From Chrysemys picta bellii (Eukaryota): 64,000 nucleotides of DNA. A program made the translations under genes and the position numbers. Numbering within the stretch: the first letter of the stretch is position 1; every line of letters begins with the position of its first letter. The stretch covers positions 103,788,001-103,852,000 of the forward strand of contig NC_088795.1 in the NCBI RefSeq assembly GCF_011386835.1, written 5' to 3'. The notes below the pieces were generated by a model. It was not told the origin of the DNA. It ran no database searches and saw nothing but the letters and a program-made list of their open reading frames with translations. Positions 37,698 through 50,800 of the stretch are shown one piece after another.

Positions 37698-39215
37698 TGG
37701 TATAGGAGGGAAGGTCTCTCTATGGATCAGTAACCAGTTAAAAGACAGAAAACAAAGAGTAGGAATAAATGGTCAGTTTTCAGAATGGAGATAGGTAAAT
37801 AGCCATGTCCCCCAGGAATCTGTACTGTTCAACATATTCATAAATGATCTGGGAAAAAGAGTAAACAGTGAGGTGGCAAAATTTGCAGATGATACAAAAC
37901 TACTCAAGATAGTTAAGGCCAAAGCAGACTCTGAGAATTACAAAGGGATATCACAAAACTGACAACAAAATGTCAGATGAAATTCAATGCTGATAAGTGC
38001 AAAGTAATGCACTTTGGAAAACATAATCCCAACTATACATACAAAATGATGGGATCTAAATTAGCTGTTATCACTTAAGAAAGAGGTCTTGGAGTCACTA
38101 TGGATAGTTCTCCAAAAACATCCGCTCAATATGCAGCAGCAGTCAAAACTAACAGAATATTAGAAACAATTAGGAAAGAGATAGATAATAAGACAGAAAA
38201 TATCATAATGCCTCTATATAAATCCATTGGTACATCTTGAATATTGTGTGCAGTTTTTGTCACCCCATCAAAAAAAGATATATTAGAACTGGAAAAGGTA
38301 CAGAGAAGGGCAATAAAATGATTAAGACTATGGAACAGCTTCCATATGAGGAGAGATTAATAAAACGGGAACTTTTTAGTTTAGAAAAAAGATGACTAAG
38401 AAGTGATATGATAGAGGAGGGGTCGGCAACGTTCGGCACGCAGCTTGCCAGGGTAAGCACCCTGGCGGGCCGGGCCAGCTTTATTTACCTGCTGATGCGG
38501 CAGGTTTGGCCGATCGCAGCCCTCACTGGCCGCGGTTCGCCATCCCGGGCCAATGCGGGCGTCGAGAAGCAGCGCAGGTGAGCGATGTGCTGGCCGCGGC
38601 TTCTCGCTGCCCCCATTGGCCCGGGATGGCGAACTGCGGCCAGTGGGGGCCGCGATCGGCCGAACCTGCCACGTCACCAGGTAAATAAAACTGGCCTGGC
38701 CTGCCACGGTGCTTACCTTGGCGAGCTGCATGCCGAACGGTGCCGACCCCTGTGATAGAGGTCTATAAAATCATGACTGGTGTGGAGAAAGTGAATGTAC
38801 CCTTTCACAAAACACACAAACCAGGAGTCGCCCAATGAAATTCATAGGCAATAGGTTTACAACAAACAAAAGGAAGTACAACTTCAAACCACACACAGTC
38901 ATTGTAGAACTTATTGCCAGGGAAGTTGTGAAGGCCAAAACTATAATGGGATTAAAAAAGAACTAGGTAAGTTCCTGAAGGATAGCTCCATCAATGGCTA
39001 TTAGCCAAGATTGTCAGGGATGCAAGCCCATGCTCTGGGTGTCCCTAGCTTCTGAATCCAGAAGGTGGGAATGGACGAGAGGAGATGGATTACTCAATGA
39101 TCCCCTGTACTGTTCTTTCCCTCTGAAGTACCTGGCATTGACCATTGTCAAAAGACAGGATGCTGGGCTAGATAAACTATTGGTCTGATCCACTATGGTC
39201 ACACTCATGTTCTTA
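37698..39215 (+). mobile_element. CR1 LINE 3' fragment (RT C-terminus plus 3' UTR)
   Basis: KFADDTKL (aaatttgcagatgatacaaaacta), MKFN.DKCKVMHFG region, LEKVQRRA, and 3' UTR ending atgttctta. Multiple stops and frameshifts. Confidence 0.92.
38417..38752. mobile_element. hAT MITE inserted in CR1
   Basis: 8-bp TSD tgatagag (38409-38416, 38753-38760), TIR gaggggtcggca / tgccgacccctg, GC-rich and palindromic. Confidence 0.93.
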
Positions 39216-41734
39216 TCTACCAAAATTAGATCTGGTCGGAAAAATCCAAAGAAACTTTTTTTGTTAGAATTTCCTAATCTGTTGAAATCAAGAAGCTTGT
39301 GGAAGTGGTTAGATTTTGAGGACATTTTGATGAAGTTCCTGTTGATTTCCTGCTAGCTCTCCCCAAGGCACATGGAAGCCCATCAGGCAGGACTTCTGTA
39401 GTCTGCAGGTCCAGGGCAGCCCACCATGTAGACAGCCTCAGAGTCAGAGACCCCCGCTCTAGGGCAGCCTTTTGTGGACAATTTTTTAATTTTTAATTTT
39501 CATTCAAAATCTGAACAAAACCAAATTTCAAGATCCTCTACAGAATGGAAATGCCTTTCTCTTTACAGTTCTCCCTAAAATCACTGGTGATTTTTGAAAA
39601 TTTATAAAGAGTATATTCTGATTGCATAACATTGTCCTTACAATCAGTTATTTTTGGGACAAGATGCCACACACATGTATCTAAGATTGTGAAAATAATT
39701 AATTTGATTACTTGAGTAACAATACATTATTTAAAGACTAATTTTATGCGTACATGGGATGAGCCAAAGTTAAGCTTGTGTGTATAACCATAATTTTATC
39801 CTTTCCTGCCTTCTGAGTAGTTAACCGTGCAAGTTAAATGTTCTCTTACTGTAACATTTTGATGGGATATGCAAATAAGGGAAAAATTATATATTGGATG
39901 CATATATTATTTTCAACTTGCAAATTATCAGCATCCAAATTTTTGCATCCAAGATGCAAAAGAAATGTGCAAATATTTAGTAGTAGGACCATTAAATTAC
40001 AGGACAGCAAAGATTTATCACACTACAAATTTGATGAAGTTCAAAGTACATGGAAATCCTCAGTAAATACTAATCTATTTTGGTGTGAGAGTTCTAATCA
40101 ACCTCATCAGGTGAAAGGAAAAAACGACAAACATTGTTTCAATAAAATTGGTAAAGTTTCTTCCTTCTGTACACATTTCTAACCTACTTTATCATTATCA
40201 GTTTAGAGAGCTCCAAGGCTTCCACAGTCAACATAGAAACTTCCTTATTTTATGCAAGTTCCTGACAAGTTGGAAGAATACATTGGATAAGCATCCGGAA
40301 TGGAGAATATAAGAATCAGGAAAGAATCTCTCCATTATTGTCTTGGGAAATGTCTAATCTCAGAATTCTCAAATAAAGGCCCCAGATGTCCCCTCTGCTG
40401 CATTGTGGTCATAGGAGCCACAAACCGGGAAAATCATGGAAAGTATGTGGGGGAATCTCAACAGAGGGCAAAGTATGCTACAAGGTACATCCCCTCCTCA
40501 TTGCACAGCTCCTTCCATCATCTCCACAGCTGCTACAAAGCTTAGCTATATACACTCCATTGTACATAGGAAGTAATAAGTGGATATCCAGTGTGGGGAA
40601 AGGGAGAGGAGAAGTTGGGGAACATTTGGAACCAGATTCTCTGCTGAATCCAGTGTCCAGTGTAACAGAGAAGGGAACTATCAGGGAGTTGCTCATGCTC
40701 CACAGTCTCTACCTTGGCTCAGCCATGTGCCTGGATGTGTATTAGGAGCTGGTTCTGCTCCAATATTTATCAGGTGGTAATGGTCTCTCAACAGGGGCTT
40801 GCCACAGCCACATTACGTTCCCATCACTCTTTACCTCCCCTGATAAGCTCCACTGTACTAGGTTACATTTGCTCTTCACCAGCATGAGACTTCCTTATGG
40901 TGGGGAATCCCCACCAGGGGTCTAGTGGCTAGTCTCTGCTCTCTTTTGTGCTGCCTTGGGGGTATAATGGAGTTGGGTGGGACAAAGAATCTTCTCCTTA
41001 GTAAATTGAGTAAGCGGTTAACATTATAAAAATGTACTGATCAAAGGCTTTGAAAAAGGACACTAATCATAGCACTGATTATGGAATACAAAATGATATC
41101 AAATTAATTCAAACCAAAACAAGTCCTAAATTGTCCGATTGAAAATCTGAAATAAATGGCCAAATCCTGTTTGGAGTTATATGTGTGTAAATCCAGCATA
41201 ACTGTTGACACCGAGAACAGACATTGTCATAAATTCTTCCTACTACCAGCCCTACATCTACCACAATCCTCACCACCTTCTGTTTTAAGTGCACATTTCT
41301 TTGACCTTACTTTTTTTTACAAACATACATATATATTTGAAAAAACTACAGACCAAAACTTTGCATTGAACAAACTTCCCCCTCACCCCCCACCCCCTGC
41401 TGCCAGAAAGAGAAAGAGAAAACAAAAATAGCATTTAAAGGATGAGCTTAATTTAAAACATGTCGGTAGTCCCATTGAAGCCAATGGAATTTAAACATGT
41501 GCTTAAAGATAAGCAAATGGTTAAGTGCTTCACTGAATCAGGGCTTTAGTTTTCAAATCTATAAAATGGTAATTATATTAGTTACACACCTACATGTGAC
41601 TGATAACATCTTAAGCATGGTATATTTTTGGATTTTGCCAGTCAATAATATCAGTGTGCCCATTTTAAATGACAGAACAAAAGCTCAGAGAAGTTTAATG
41701 ATATGAGTAGGGCACTGTGTACAAGTTTATTATG

Positions 41735-41855
41735 TATGTGACTGGGGATCAGGAGACCTTGGTTCTGATTGTTCTGGCTTTGACTTACTGTGCAACTTTG
41801 GGTAGGGCATTTAAACTTCTTAGAGCCTGAGTTTCCTCATCTGCAAAATGGGGGG
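41735..41855 (+). mobile_element. MIR/CORE-SINE fragment
   Basis: agagcctgagtttcctcatctgcaaaatgggg core sequence preceded by a tRNA-like head. Confidence 0.7.
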
Positions 41856-42546
41856 CAAAGCTGCCAATGAGGATGATGAATGGAACACTTATCTATATAA
41901 GCACTGCAAAGGAGGAATGCCTGAACCCAAGTCAACCATCCAGGCTACCTTAAGCTTTTAAGGTTACTTTCAGGTGCATAATAACAAAGTTTTCAACAAT
42001 TGCAACAATGCATCCAGATACCTTAGATTAGAACTGAAACATCACTGATGTGATATTGATCCTCCTACCATTTATTTGTATCCATCTTGCAGTTTGTTTC
42101 ATTTCAGTATATCATAATTTTAGAATCATAACTCTTTTTACATTTTTATTTACTGGTATTTTGGTTTCTTCTTCCACCATGTTGCTTTTGGTCCTACAGC
42201 ATTTATTATTCCTGGAAGAAAGTGATAGTTCATAAGATGAAAATGAAACATATTAATATAGGGAATATAGATCTTATAAAGCAAAATCCAATATATCATT
42301 CATTTCAGTAATCAAATTAATTTCTTCATATCACATAAATCCTAACTTTAGCCCATGTTGTTAATGCAATACTTAGTCACTGTAATGTCAGCATGGTAAA
42401 TCTAGCTTTAAAAAAAAATTATGAATTATCTTGTTCCTTAGGGTTTGTGATTCATTTCACTCTAATATGTTTATTGTGTTCCTAAGAGTAAAGAAAATGT
42501 CTGAGACTTCACAGCAAATACACTGACTACTATATCTGGGTGCCAC

Positions 42547-43000
42547 TGTCAGCAAGTAGCCCCTTCCTGGGCATCCCATCGCAGCCTCAGGGCAGCCCTG
42601 CAAGCAGCCCCTTGCCTCAGTTTCCATTCTTGATTTCTCAATAAACTCAAAAAAGAGTATTTTACAAGTCCAGTAACAACAGTCCTCCTTAGGATCTGGT
42701 TTACTAACTTAAAGTTCAAAAAATAAACACAGAAGTCCAACTCCCAAACTCCCTTTGGGTCTCAGTGTCTTCTCTATTTTAGCAAGCTACTCCCAGGCCT
42801 GTCTAGCTGAGGCACATCCTCTATTCTCACTCTCCGCTTTCTGTTTCTACAGTTTCCTGTGCTTCCCTCCCTCTGCAGCTTCCTCCTGCCCTTTATAGGG
42901 AATCATACCTGATGGTTCTTATTAAAGCCCACACCTCATTGTAGGGTGGCAGGCAGAGCCAGCTCCTAGCCCTTAAAGGAGAAGGCCACCCCATTATACA
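42547..43000 (-). mobile_element. Possible decayed short solo LTR
   Basis: tgtca... start and ...cattataca end, minus-strand TATA-like (ccctttatagg). No TSD. Confidence 0.3.
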
Positions 43001-43299
43001 CAGAAAAAATAAACTTTGCTCGGTAACTATTTTGATCAAGATTTCTCTCTTCATGCAAAATTTTGCTCTAAATTAAATCCAGCTTACTCAGTTTCCTCCA
43101 GAGAAGTTCCATGGTGTAAGTGAGAGCAGGATTTGGCACAAACTCAGCCTATTATGAGTATTGAAAACACACAGCCAAATTCTACTTTTAGTTATGCAGA
43201 TATAACAATTTGTTCAAAAATACATGTAAAAACACTTATCATTCCTTCTTGACAAAGAAAAAACATCGCAGATTGATTAGGTTCTTAGGCCACACATTT

Positions 43300-43850
43300 G
43301 ATTTTTGACCAGCTCCCCACAGCTGCCCATGTTGCTCTCTCTGACCCGTCTCCGGATGTGGGGTCCTCAGAGCCACAGCCTGGCCATGTTAAGAGCTGTG
43401 CGGGCAGCTATGAGTCGTGGACCCTCCACCTGCCCTGGGCAGGGCTCCCAAGGGGTGGGAACATGGGCCGGTGGCTGCTGGGACCCCCACACTTAAGCAG
43501 GTGTCACTTGGGCACTCGGGTCGACTGTGGCTTCCCACTGCCTGCGGAGCTCTTATCATGGCAGAGCTGTGGCTGCAAGGCCCCCCGTCCCTGGCGGGAG
43601 CCAGGTGAGGCAGAACCACCTGGGTAGCTGTGGGGAGCATGGGTCCCTCCACCTGCCCTGGGTGGGGGGCCCGGGACATGGGCAGGAGGCTGCTTTTGCC
43701 CCCCACACCCTGGGCTGGGGGGGAGACGGGCTTCCTGGCTCCGCTACAGCTTCTGGCTTGGCCAGGGGAGTGGCCTCAGGGGGCAAGGGAGGGTCCACGG
43801 TGGGGGGGGGCAAAGGTGGGGCCTTGGTAGGGGAAGCCTTTTGCAGTGTG
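43300..43850. repeat. GC-rich unclassified repeat with internal direct and inverted sub-repeats
   Basis: ccctccacctgccctggg occurs twice (about 43422 and 43645); agctccccacagctgccca and tgggtagctgtggggagc are inverted. Confidence 0.45.
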
Positions 43851-43879
43851 ATATTACACAGAGGCAGTGGATTCCAAGT

Positions 43880-46370
43880 TTAGAGCAGAACAGGTTGGAT
43901 GCAGGCCCAAGAGATCTTGTATAAACCAGATATTCACACTAAGGACCATCATAGAAGAATGTATAGCATGGCAAGCGCCTCGTATCATCAATATAATTGA
44001 TTTTCAAAAGGCATTTGATAGCCTGCACAGACATATGTTGTGAAATATTGTTCTGTCATATGTTGTTAACATCATCAAAGTTATGTACAGCTATGCAAAG
44101 TGTTTTGTAAGGGTGAACAACCAGATAACAGAATGGTTCAATGTGGACTCCGGTGTGAAAGATGGCTGCATTTTATCTTTGCTGGTGTTTGCCATTCACA
44201 TAGACTGGATAATAAAGAAATATATTAGTAACACAAATATTGGTACTGCATGGGTAGATGGCAAATGCTTAGAAGAGCTAAATTTTATTGATGATATTGC
44301 ACTGTTAAGTAACACCCCTGAGAAGTTACAAACAGAGACAGACAAGCTGGTAAAAACAGCAGAGCAAACAGGGCTCAAAAATAGATAAGCTAGAACAAAC
44401 ATCCTTGAAACCCAGATATCAAGCAGTAACATCATAGGAAGTAGGGCTGTTGATTAATCACAGTTAACTAACGTGATTAACTCAAAAAAATTAATCACAA
44501 GTAAAAAAAATAATCGTGATTAATTGAAGTTTTAATTGCACTGTTAAACAATAGAACATCAATTGAAATTTATTAAATATTGTGGATGTTTTTCTACATT
44601 TTCAAATATATTGATTTCAATTACAACACAGAATACAAATTGTATAATGCTCACTTTATATTATTTTATTACAAATATTTGCACTATAAAAATGATAAAA
44701 AAAATAGTATTTTTCAGTTCACCTCATACAAGTACCATAGTGAAATCTCTTTATTGTGAAAGTGAAACTTGCAAATGTAGATTTTTTTTGTTACATAACT
44801 GCACTCAAAAACAAAATAATGTAAAACTTTAGAGCCTACAAGTCCATTCACTCCTACTTCTTGTTCAGCCAATTGCTAAGACAAACAAGTTTGTTTACAT
44901 TTACTCCAGATAATGCTGCTTGTTTTTTATTTACAATGTCACCTGAAAGTGAGAACAGACATTTGCATCGCACTTTTGTAGCCAGCAGTGTAAGATATTT
45001 ACATGCCAGATATGCTAAACATTCGTATGCTCCTTCATGCTTTGGCCACCATTCCAGAGGACATGCTTCCATGCTGATGACGCTCGTTAAAAAAAATACG
45101 TTAATTAAATTTCTGACACAACTCCTTGGAGGAAAATTGTATGTCTCCTGCTCTGAGTTTTGCCCACACTCTGCAATATATTTCACATTATAGCAGTCTC
45201 GTATGATGACCCAGCATGTTATTCGTTTTAAGAACACTTTCACTGCAGATTTGACAACACACAAAGAAGGTACCAATGTGAGATTTCTAAAAATAGCTAC
45301 AGCACTCAACCCAAGATTTAGGAATCTGAAGTGCCTTCCAAAATCTGAGAGGGACAGGGTCTGGAGCATGCTTTCAGAAGTCTTAAAAGAGCAACACTCC
45401 GATGCAGAAACTATGGGACCCAAATCACCAGAAAAGAAAATTAACCTTCTGCTGGTGACATCTAACTGAGATGATGAAAATTAACATGCGTTGGTCTGCA
45501 CTGCTTTGGATTGTTATCAAGCAGAACCCGTCATCAGCATGGACACATATCCCCTTGAAGCATGAAGCATGAAGGGACAGATGACACTTTAGTGCATCTG
45601 TCACTTAAATATCTTACAACACCGGCTACAACAGTACCTTGTGAATGACTGTTTGACATCGTAAACAAGAAACAGGCAGTATTATCTCCTGTAGATGTAA
45701 ACAAACTTGTTTATCTGAGCGATTGGCTGAACAAGAAGTAGGACTGAGTGGACTCGTGGGATCTAAAGTTTAAATTGTTTTATTTTTCAATGCAGTTCTT
45801 TTTTGTACATAACTCTACATTTGTAACTTCAACTTTCATGATAAAGAGATTGAACTACAGTACTTGTATTACATGAATTGAAAAATACCATTTCTTTTAT
45901 TTTTACTGTGCAAATATTTATTTTAAAAAGTATAAAGTGAGCACTGTACACTTTGTATTCTGTATTGTAATTGAAATCAAAATATTTGATAATGTTGAAA
46001 ACATCCAAAAATATTTATATAAATGGCTTTCTGTTATTGTTTAATAATAACAATATTAGATTAATCGTGATTATTTTTTTTAATCCCTTGACAGCCCTAG
46101 AAGAAAGCATTTTCTATATTTGGGCATGTCCTGTAGATGTTAACAGAGAGATTCCCAAATGAAAATGTCAAATGGAAATCAAATGGTGTGATGAACAAGA
46201 GATGCTCAAGAGCAACATTAAGAAGAACTCTTAACAAGGAGAGTGGAATGCTTGATGTCAATGCCATAGAGCACATGAAAGCAGCAGTTAATAATGGAGG
46301 GGAATGGAAGAGAATAGTTTCTGCCCTATGTGCCAACATTGGCATGCGAAGGATGTACTAATAATTATTT
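43880..46370 (+). mobile_element. RTE-clade LINE fragment split by a hAT element (pieces 43880-44441 and 46100-46370)
   Basis: RSCINQIFTLRTIIEEC..WQ....IDFQKAFDSLHR, GVKDGCILS, LNFIDDIALLS. C-terminal EWKRIVSALCA followed by an AT-rich tail. Confidence 0.8.
44442..46099. mobile_element. Fold-back hAT element built from two transposase 3' ends
   Basis: TIR tagggctgt / acagcccta. A hAT C-terminal dimerisation domain lies on the minus strand (CPLEWWPKHE...LFSLSGDIVNKK..LS..NVNKLVCL, 44854-45080) and again on the plus strand (45530-45740). The plus-strand spacer carries ATALNPRFRNL. Confidence 0.88.
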
Positions 46371-46957
46371 ATTAATTGATTATTATTACTCATTCAGAAA
46401 GGACACGAACAGGGCTCTGCAACCTTTCAGTCACTAGGCTATGGGATAGTCTCATGGGGTAGGGGTCCCTCAGTCTCTCCTGCAGGGAAAGTGCATCCTG
46501 GGTTTCCCACAAGTGATCTAACCACCAGGTTCAGAGTCATTCTCATATTTTATTATGCTCTCTCTCTCTCTCACACACCCAATGTTTCTTTCATTGTTTA
46601 GCCCCAGATGAACAGCTTCAACCTGTGGGGGGTGAAGTATGAGAATGACTTTGTGTGCTGCTAGTTACAGCACTCACCTGGGTGGTGGGAGACCTAGGAT
46701 CCACTCCACTGCCTCTAGTGATTTTTTAAATTACTGTACTTATTCACAGTTAAATAGCTTTAACAGAACAGACTGAGAGAGCCCCACATCAGAATATTTT
46801 GAAGTCCATTGTTTAGGACACTCATCAAGGAGGTAGCAGATTCCTGTCCAAATCTCTTCTTTCCCTCAGCCTGAGGGAGGACTTGAACTGGTGGTTCTCC
46901 CATGTCCCAGGTGAGCACATTATACACTGGGTTTAAAGTTATGAGGGAGGTCCTCCC

Positions 46958-47852
46958 TGTCAAGGCTGTATCCCCACTTTGAACTTTAGGGTACAAATGT
47001 AGGGGCCTGCATGAAAACTTCTAAGCTTAACTATCAGCTTAGGTCTGGTCCGCTGCCACCATCCCAATGGATTCCCTCCCCTGGGAAGCCTTGAGAAACC
47101 TTTCACCAATTCCCTGGTGAATACAGAGCCAAACCCCTTGGATCTTAAAACAAGGAGAAATTAACCATTCCCCTCCTTCCTCCCACCAACTCCTGGTGAA
47201 TACAGTTCCAACCCCCCTGGGATCTTAAAACAAGGAGAAATTAACCATCCCCCCTTCTTTCTCCCACCAACTCCTGGTGAATACAGATCCAACCCCCTTG
47301 GATCTAAAACAAGGAAAAAATCAATCAGGTTCTTAAAAAGAAGGTTTTTAATTAAAGAAAAAGGTAAAAATCATCTCTGTACAATCAGTATGGAAAATAA
47401 CTTTACAGGGTAATTAAACTTAAAGAGCTCAGAGGACTCCCCTCTAGTCTTAGGTTCAAAGTACAGCAAACAAAGATAAACACTCTAGTAAAAGGTACAT
47501 TTACAAGTTGAGAAAACAAAGTAAAACTAAGATGCCTTGCCTGGCTATTTACTTACAAGTTTGAAATAGGAGAGACTTGTTTAGAAAGATGTGGAGAACC
47601 TGGATTGATGTCTGGTCCCTCTCAGTCCCAAGAGCGAACGAACTCCCAAACAAAGAGCACAAACAAAAGCCTCCCCCCCCCCAAGATTTGAAAGTATCTT
47701 GTCCCCTTATTGGTCCTTTGGTCAGATGCCAGCCAGGTTACCTGAGCTTCTTAACCCTTTACAGGGAAAAGGATTTTGGAGTCTCTGACCAGGAGGGATT
47801 TTATAGTACTGTACACAGGACAGCTGTTACCCTTCCCTTTATAGTTATGACA
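46958..47852 (-). mobile_element. Solo LTR
   Basis: TGTCA...TGACA ends, 5-bp TSD ctccc (46953-46957, 47853-47857), minus-strand TATA (ttttatagtac). Confidence 0.9.
47104..47320 (+). repeat. About 80-bp tandem repeat (about 2.7 units) inside the LTR
   Basis: Units begin caccaa at 47104, 47184 and 47265 (cctggtgaatacag...ggatcttaaaacaaggagaaattaacca). Confidence 0.9.
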
Positions 47853-50800
47853 CTCCCCAACTCCCAAGATTCTTGCAAAAATGATGTAGACATCTAATAC
47901 CCAGAGTGGGTTTTCAGCTGAGACTCTCAAGTAAAGGGAACACCTCCCTACAGCCCAGATTTAGGTGCCTATGTCCAAGAGAGGGGCAGAACTTAGCACC
48001 CACCACATTTTGGCATCTCCCATTGGCTAGCTCATGTGGGGAGCTTTCTAGCATTCTGGCTTTTAGAACTTAGCACCCACTGCATTTTGGCATCACCTAT
48101 TGGCTAGCTTATGTGGGGAGCTGCCTAGGATGCTGGCTTTTATGTACCCATTCTGAGGTGCATATTTCTCCCCATTCATTGTATAGGGAGCCCATGAGCT
48201 GAACTCAGGCTTTATGAATTTTAGTGATTTTCTAGGCACCTAAAAGTCAACTCAGCATCACTATGACTCAGTTATTTAGTGACTGTAGCTCAGAGTCTCA
48301 GCTTGGTTTAAAATAACAAATCATGGTAAATACACCATTAAATGTTCCAAATAAGAACACAAAGTAATTTCTACTCAGAAGGACTCTGTCTTATCTTTGC
48401 ACATGGTCAGTATAAAAGGAGCAGGAAGGTGAAGAAGGTTACAATACTTACGCAATGAGATAGATTCATCACACTGAAACAGAAAGTCCGGCAAAGATTG
48501 CCTTCCTTTTAATCAGTTCTCTCAACCTCCCCTCTTTCTCACAAAGCAAATATGCCCATTCAGACACAAAAAGTGAAATATACCTGCAAAGTAAATGACT
48601 ATATCAAACAAAACAAAACAAAGAAAACAAACCCTGAAGTTCAACAGGTTGAATCTTTCATTGCTGCTTAATGGAAAATTTCCTTACAGACTATAATTAA
48701 ATACTTCTTTATACCTGTATATATATATTATAGATAGATGTATCATAGGTAATTGGTAATTTAATAGATAGGAAGTTATATCGGTTTGATAATCTTTGTC
48801 CTTTAAGGAGAAAATTTTAAACAGAATAAGTTGCTGGGCAACTTTTAATGTTCCAATTTTATTTTTAGATGTTGGAATGCTAAGGTCAATTACATAATCC
48901 AGAACAGTTTGAGCATATAGCACAGTCCATTCTAATCAGTGCTAGATACACACTGAGCTCAAAACCTATAAACACAAATTCAGAATGAATTTAATTGAAC
49001 AAGAAGAGAACTGCTTTGAAGGGACCTTGGAATAATATGAGATATTAAAAAGCAGTATACATTTCACAGAAGCAATTAACAGATTGCAGTGCTACATTGA
49101 TACAAAGCTTTAATATAAACCACAGGAATTTAAGATGATATACAATTCTACGTATGGTACCACTTTAATAGTAAATGCATCTCTTATCATTAAAATGGTG
49201 TATAATACTTGAAAAGAGAATACAACATTGATCCTAGTCCAAAAGATAGGAGTCAATGAGATATTACAATTACTATGGGCCATATTTTGATACTATTATT
49301 TTTACTGAGTACCATCTTACAAGTACTCTCCCTCGCTACACATTAAATGGTGGTACTCAGCATGACTATAGGTATCAGAATCTGGCCTTAAACAATTGTT
49401 TTCAAAGTTTTGGATGACACCTTAATTGGTGGGAGCAGCATTGATAGAAACAAACTGGAAAGACAATGTAAGGGATTAGAGGAGTAAAGGCTTTGGACAG
49501 TGAGGGAAGATTCAGATCTAAGAAGTGCTATACTTGATAAAACAAAATAAATCATACACATAAAAAATAGCCATACTTATCAAATTAAGGTAAATTTATT
49601 TTCAACTTAAGTTTTTAATGCAGCTGTAAAATATTATTACTTTTTATGTAATTAGGCATTATAGCACTGATCCAAAGACTACTGTAGTCAATGGAAAGAA
49701 TCCCATTGACTTCAGTAGGCTTTGAATATACAGATGAATAGTCCCACTGAAGTAAATGGGACATGCTTGGAGTTATGCAAATACATATGTATCTTGCTGA
49801 ACTGGATCTCAGGAAAAGTGTGAGACTGAGATTAAGTGATTGCAAGAAGAGTTGCCTAAAATATGCTCAATCTTAAAGTGGTTCACAGCTTGAAAAAAGT
49901 CTGAAAACCATTAACTTAATAAAATTCAGAATATAATCCTTTAAATTATGTGGACAAGATTTGTCACACTCACCTCCCTAATTGAATTTCTGGCTCTTGA
50001 TTATCCATCTCCAGATGGCCTTAGTTATTTCCTTATGTAAATGTCACAACTCCTGTTCATAACCTGTTTCATGTTAAGGTAGCCAATAATTTAGGCATAT
50101 CTCACAAGCCACTGTTAAATATTCTATGCATGTGTATTCCTCTCATTATGCACATAATGGTAGAGATTATTTTAGCCACATTTAAAAAAAAATATTTAAT
50201 GAATATTAAAAATAGGAATCTAATTGTCCTTTTCACAAAATAATAATATCTGTATAGAGTGATTCAAAAGAACACCCTGAAGACAATTTGATGCCATTTT
50301 TGAGGCATGTAGTGCGAAAAGAACAAATCTGATGGACTCTTATGATATCCTTTACAAAGTTTCTCTGAGACAGTGCCAGTAAAGATTTCCTGATGACACA
50401 AGTATCCAAATTTCTCTTCCAATCATAAAGGGTCATGAAGCTAATCATTCAAAGTCAGGTCATCATGACTTGCATTGACTGTAAAAAGGAAACCAGTGGT
50501 AAGGTCAGAACATTATTGTCTTTTTCTGAAAATTCACCTCATTGTTTCAATTAATTAAAAATGGAATTGTTTAACCTGGCGAGTATCATGCAATGACATT
50601 TTCGGTGCTAGGTGATTTATAATGACCCCATTATTTTCAGTGACAAAGTAGGAATGAGTGGCTGTATAATACATAGCCCAAGGCTTCATGAATGCTGCTT
50701 TCTTGGTTGTACAGAAGGGGGAGATTCAGCAGTGTTAGATGAGTCTAGGTGATCTTTGAAAAAAGTACAGTACAATGCTAATCATTCCACAATTTCTAGG

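Noticed and set aside
38396-38731. 111-aa and 60-aa ORFs
   Set aside because: They come from the GC-rich, stop-poor hAT MITE.
43298-43883. Cluster of 63-118-aa ORFs in several frames
   Set aside because: GC-rich repeat open in many frames, with low-complexity products and no domain similarity.
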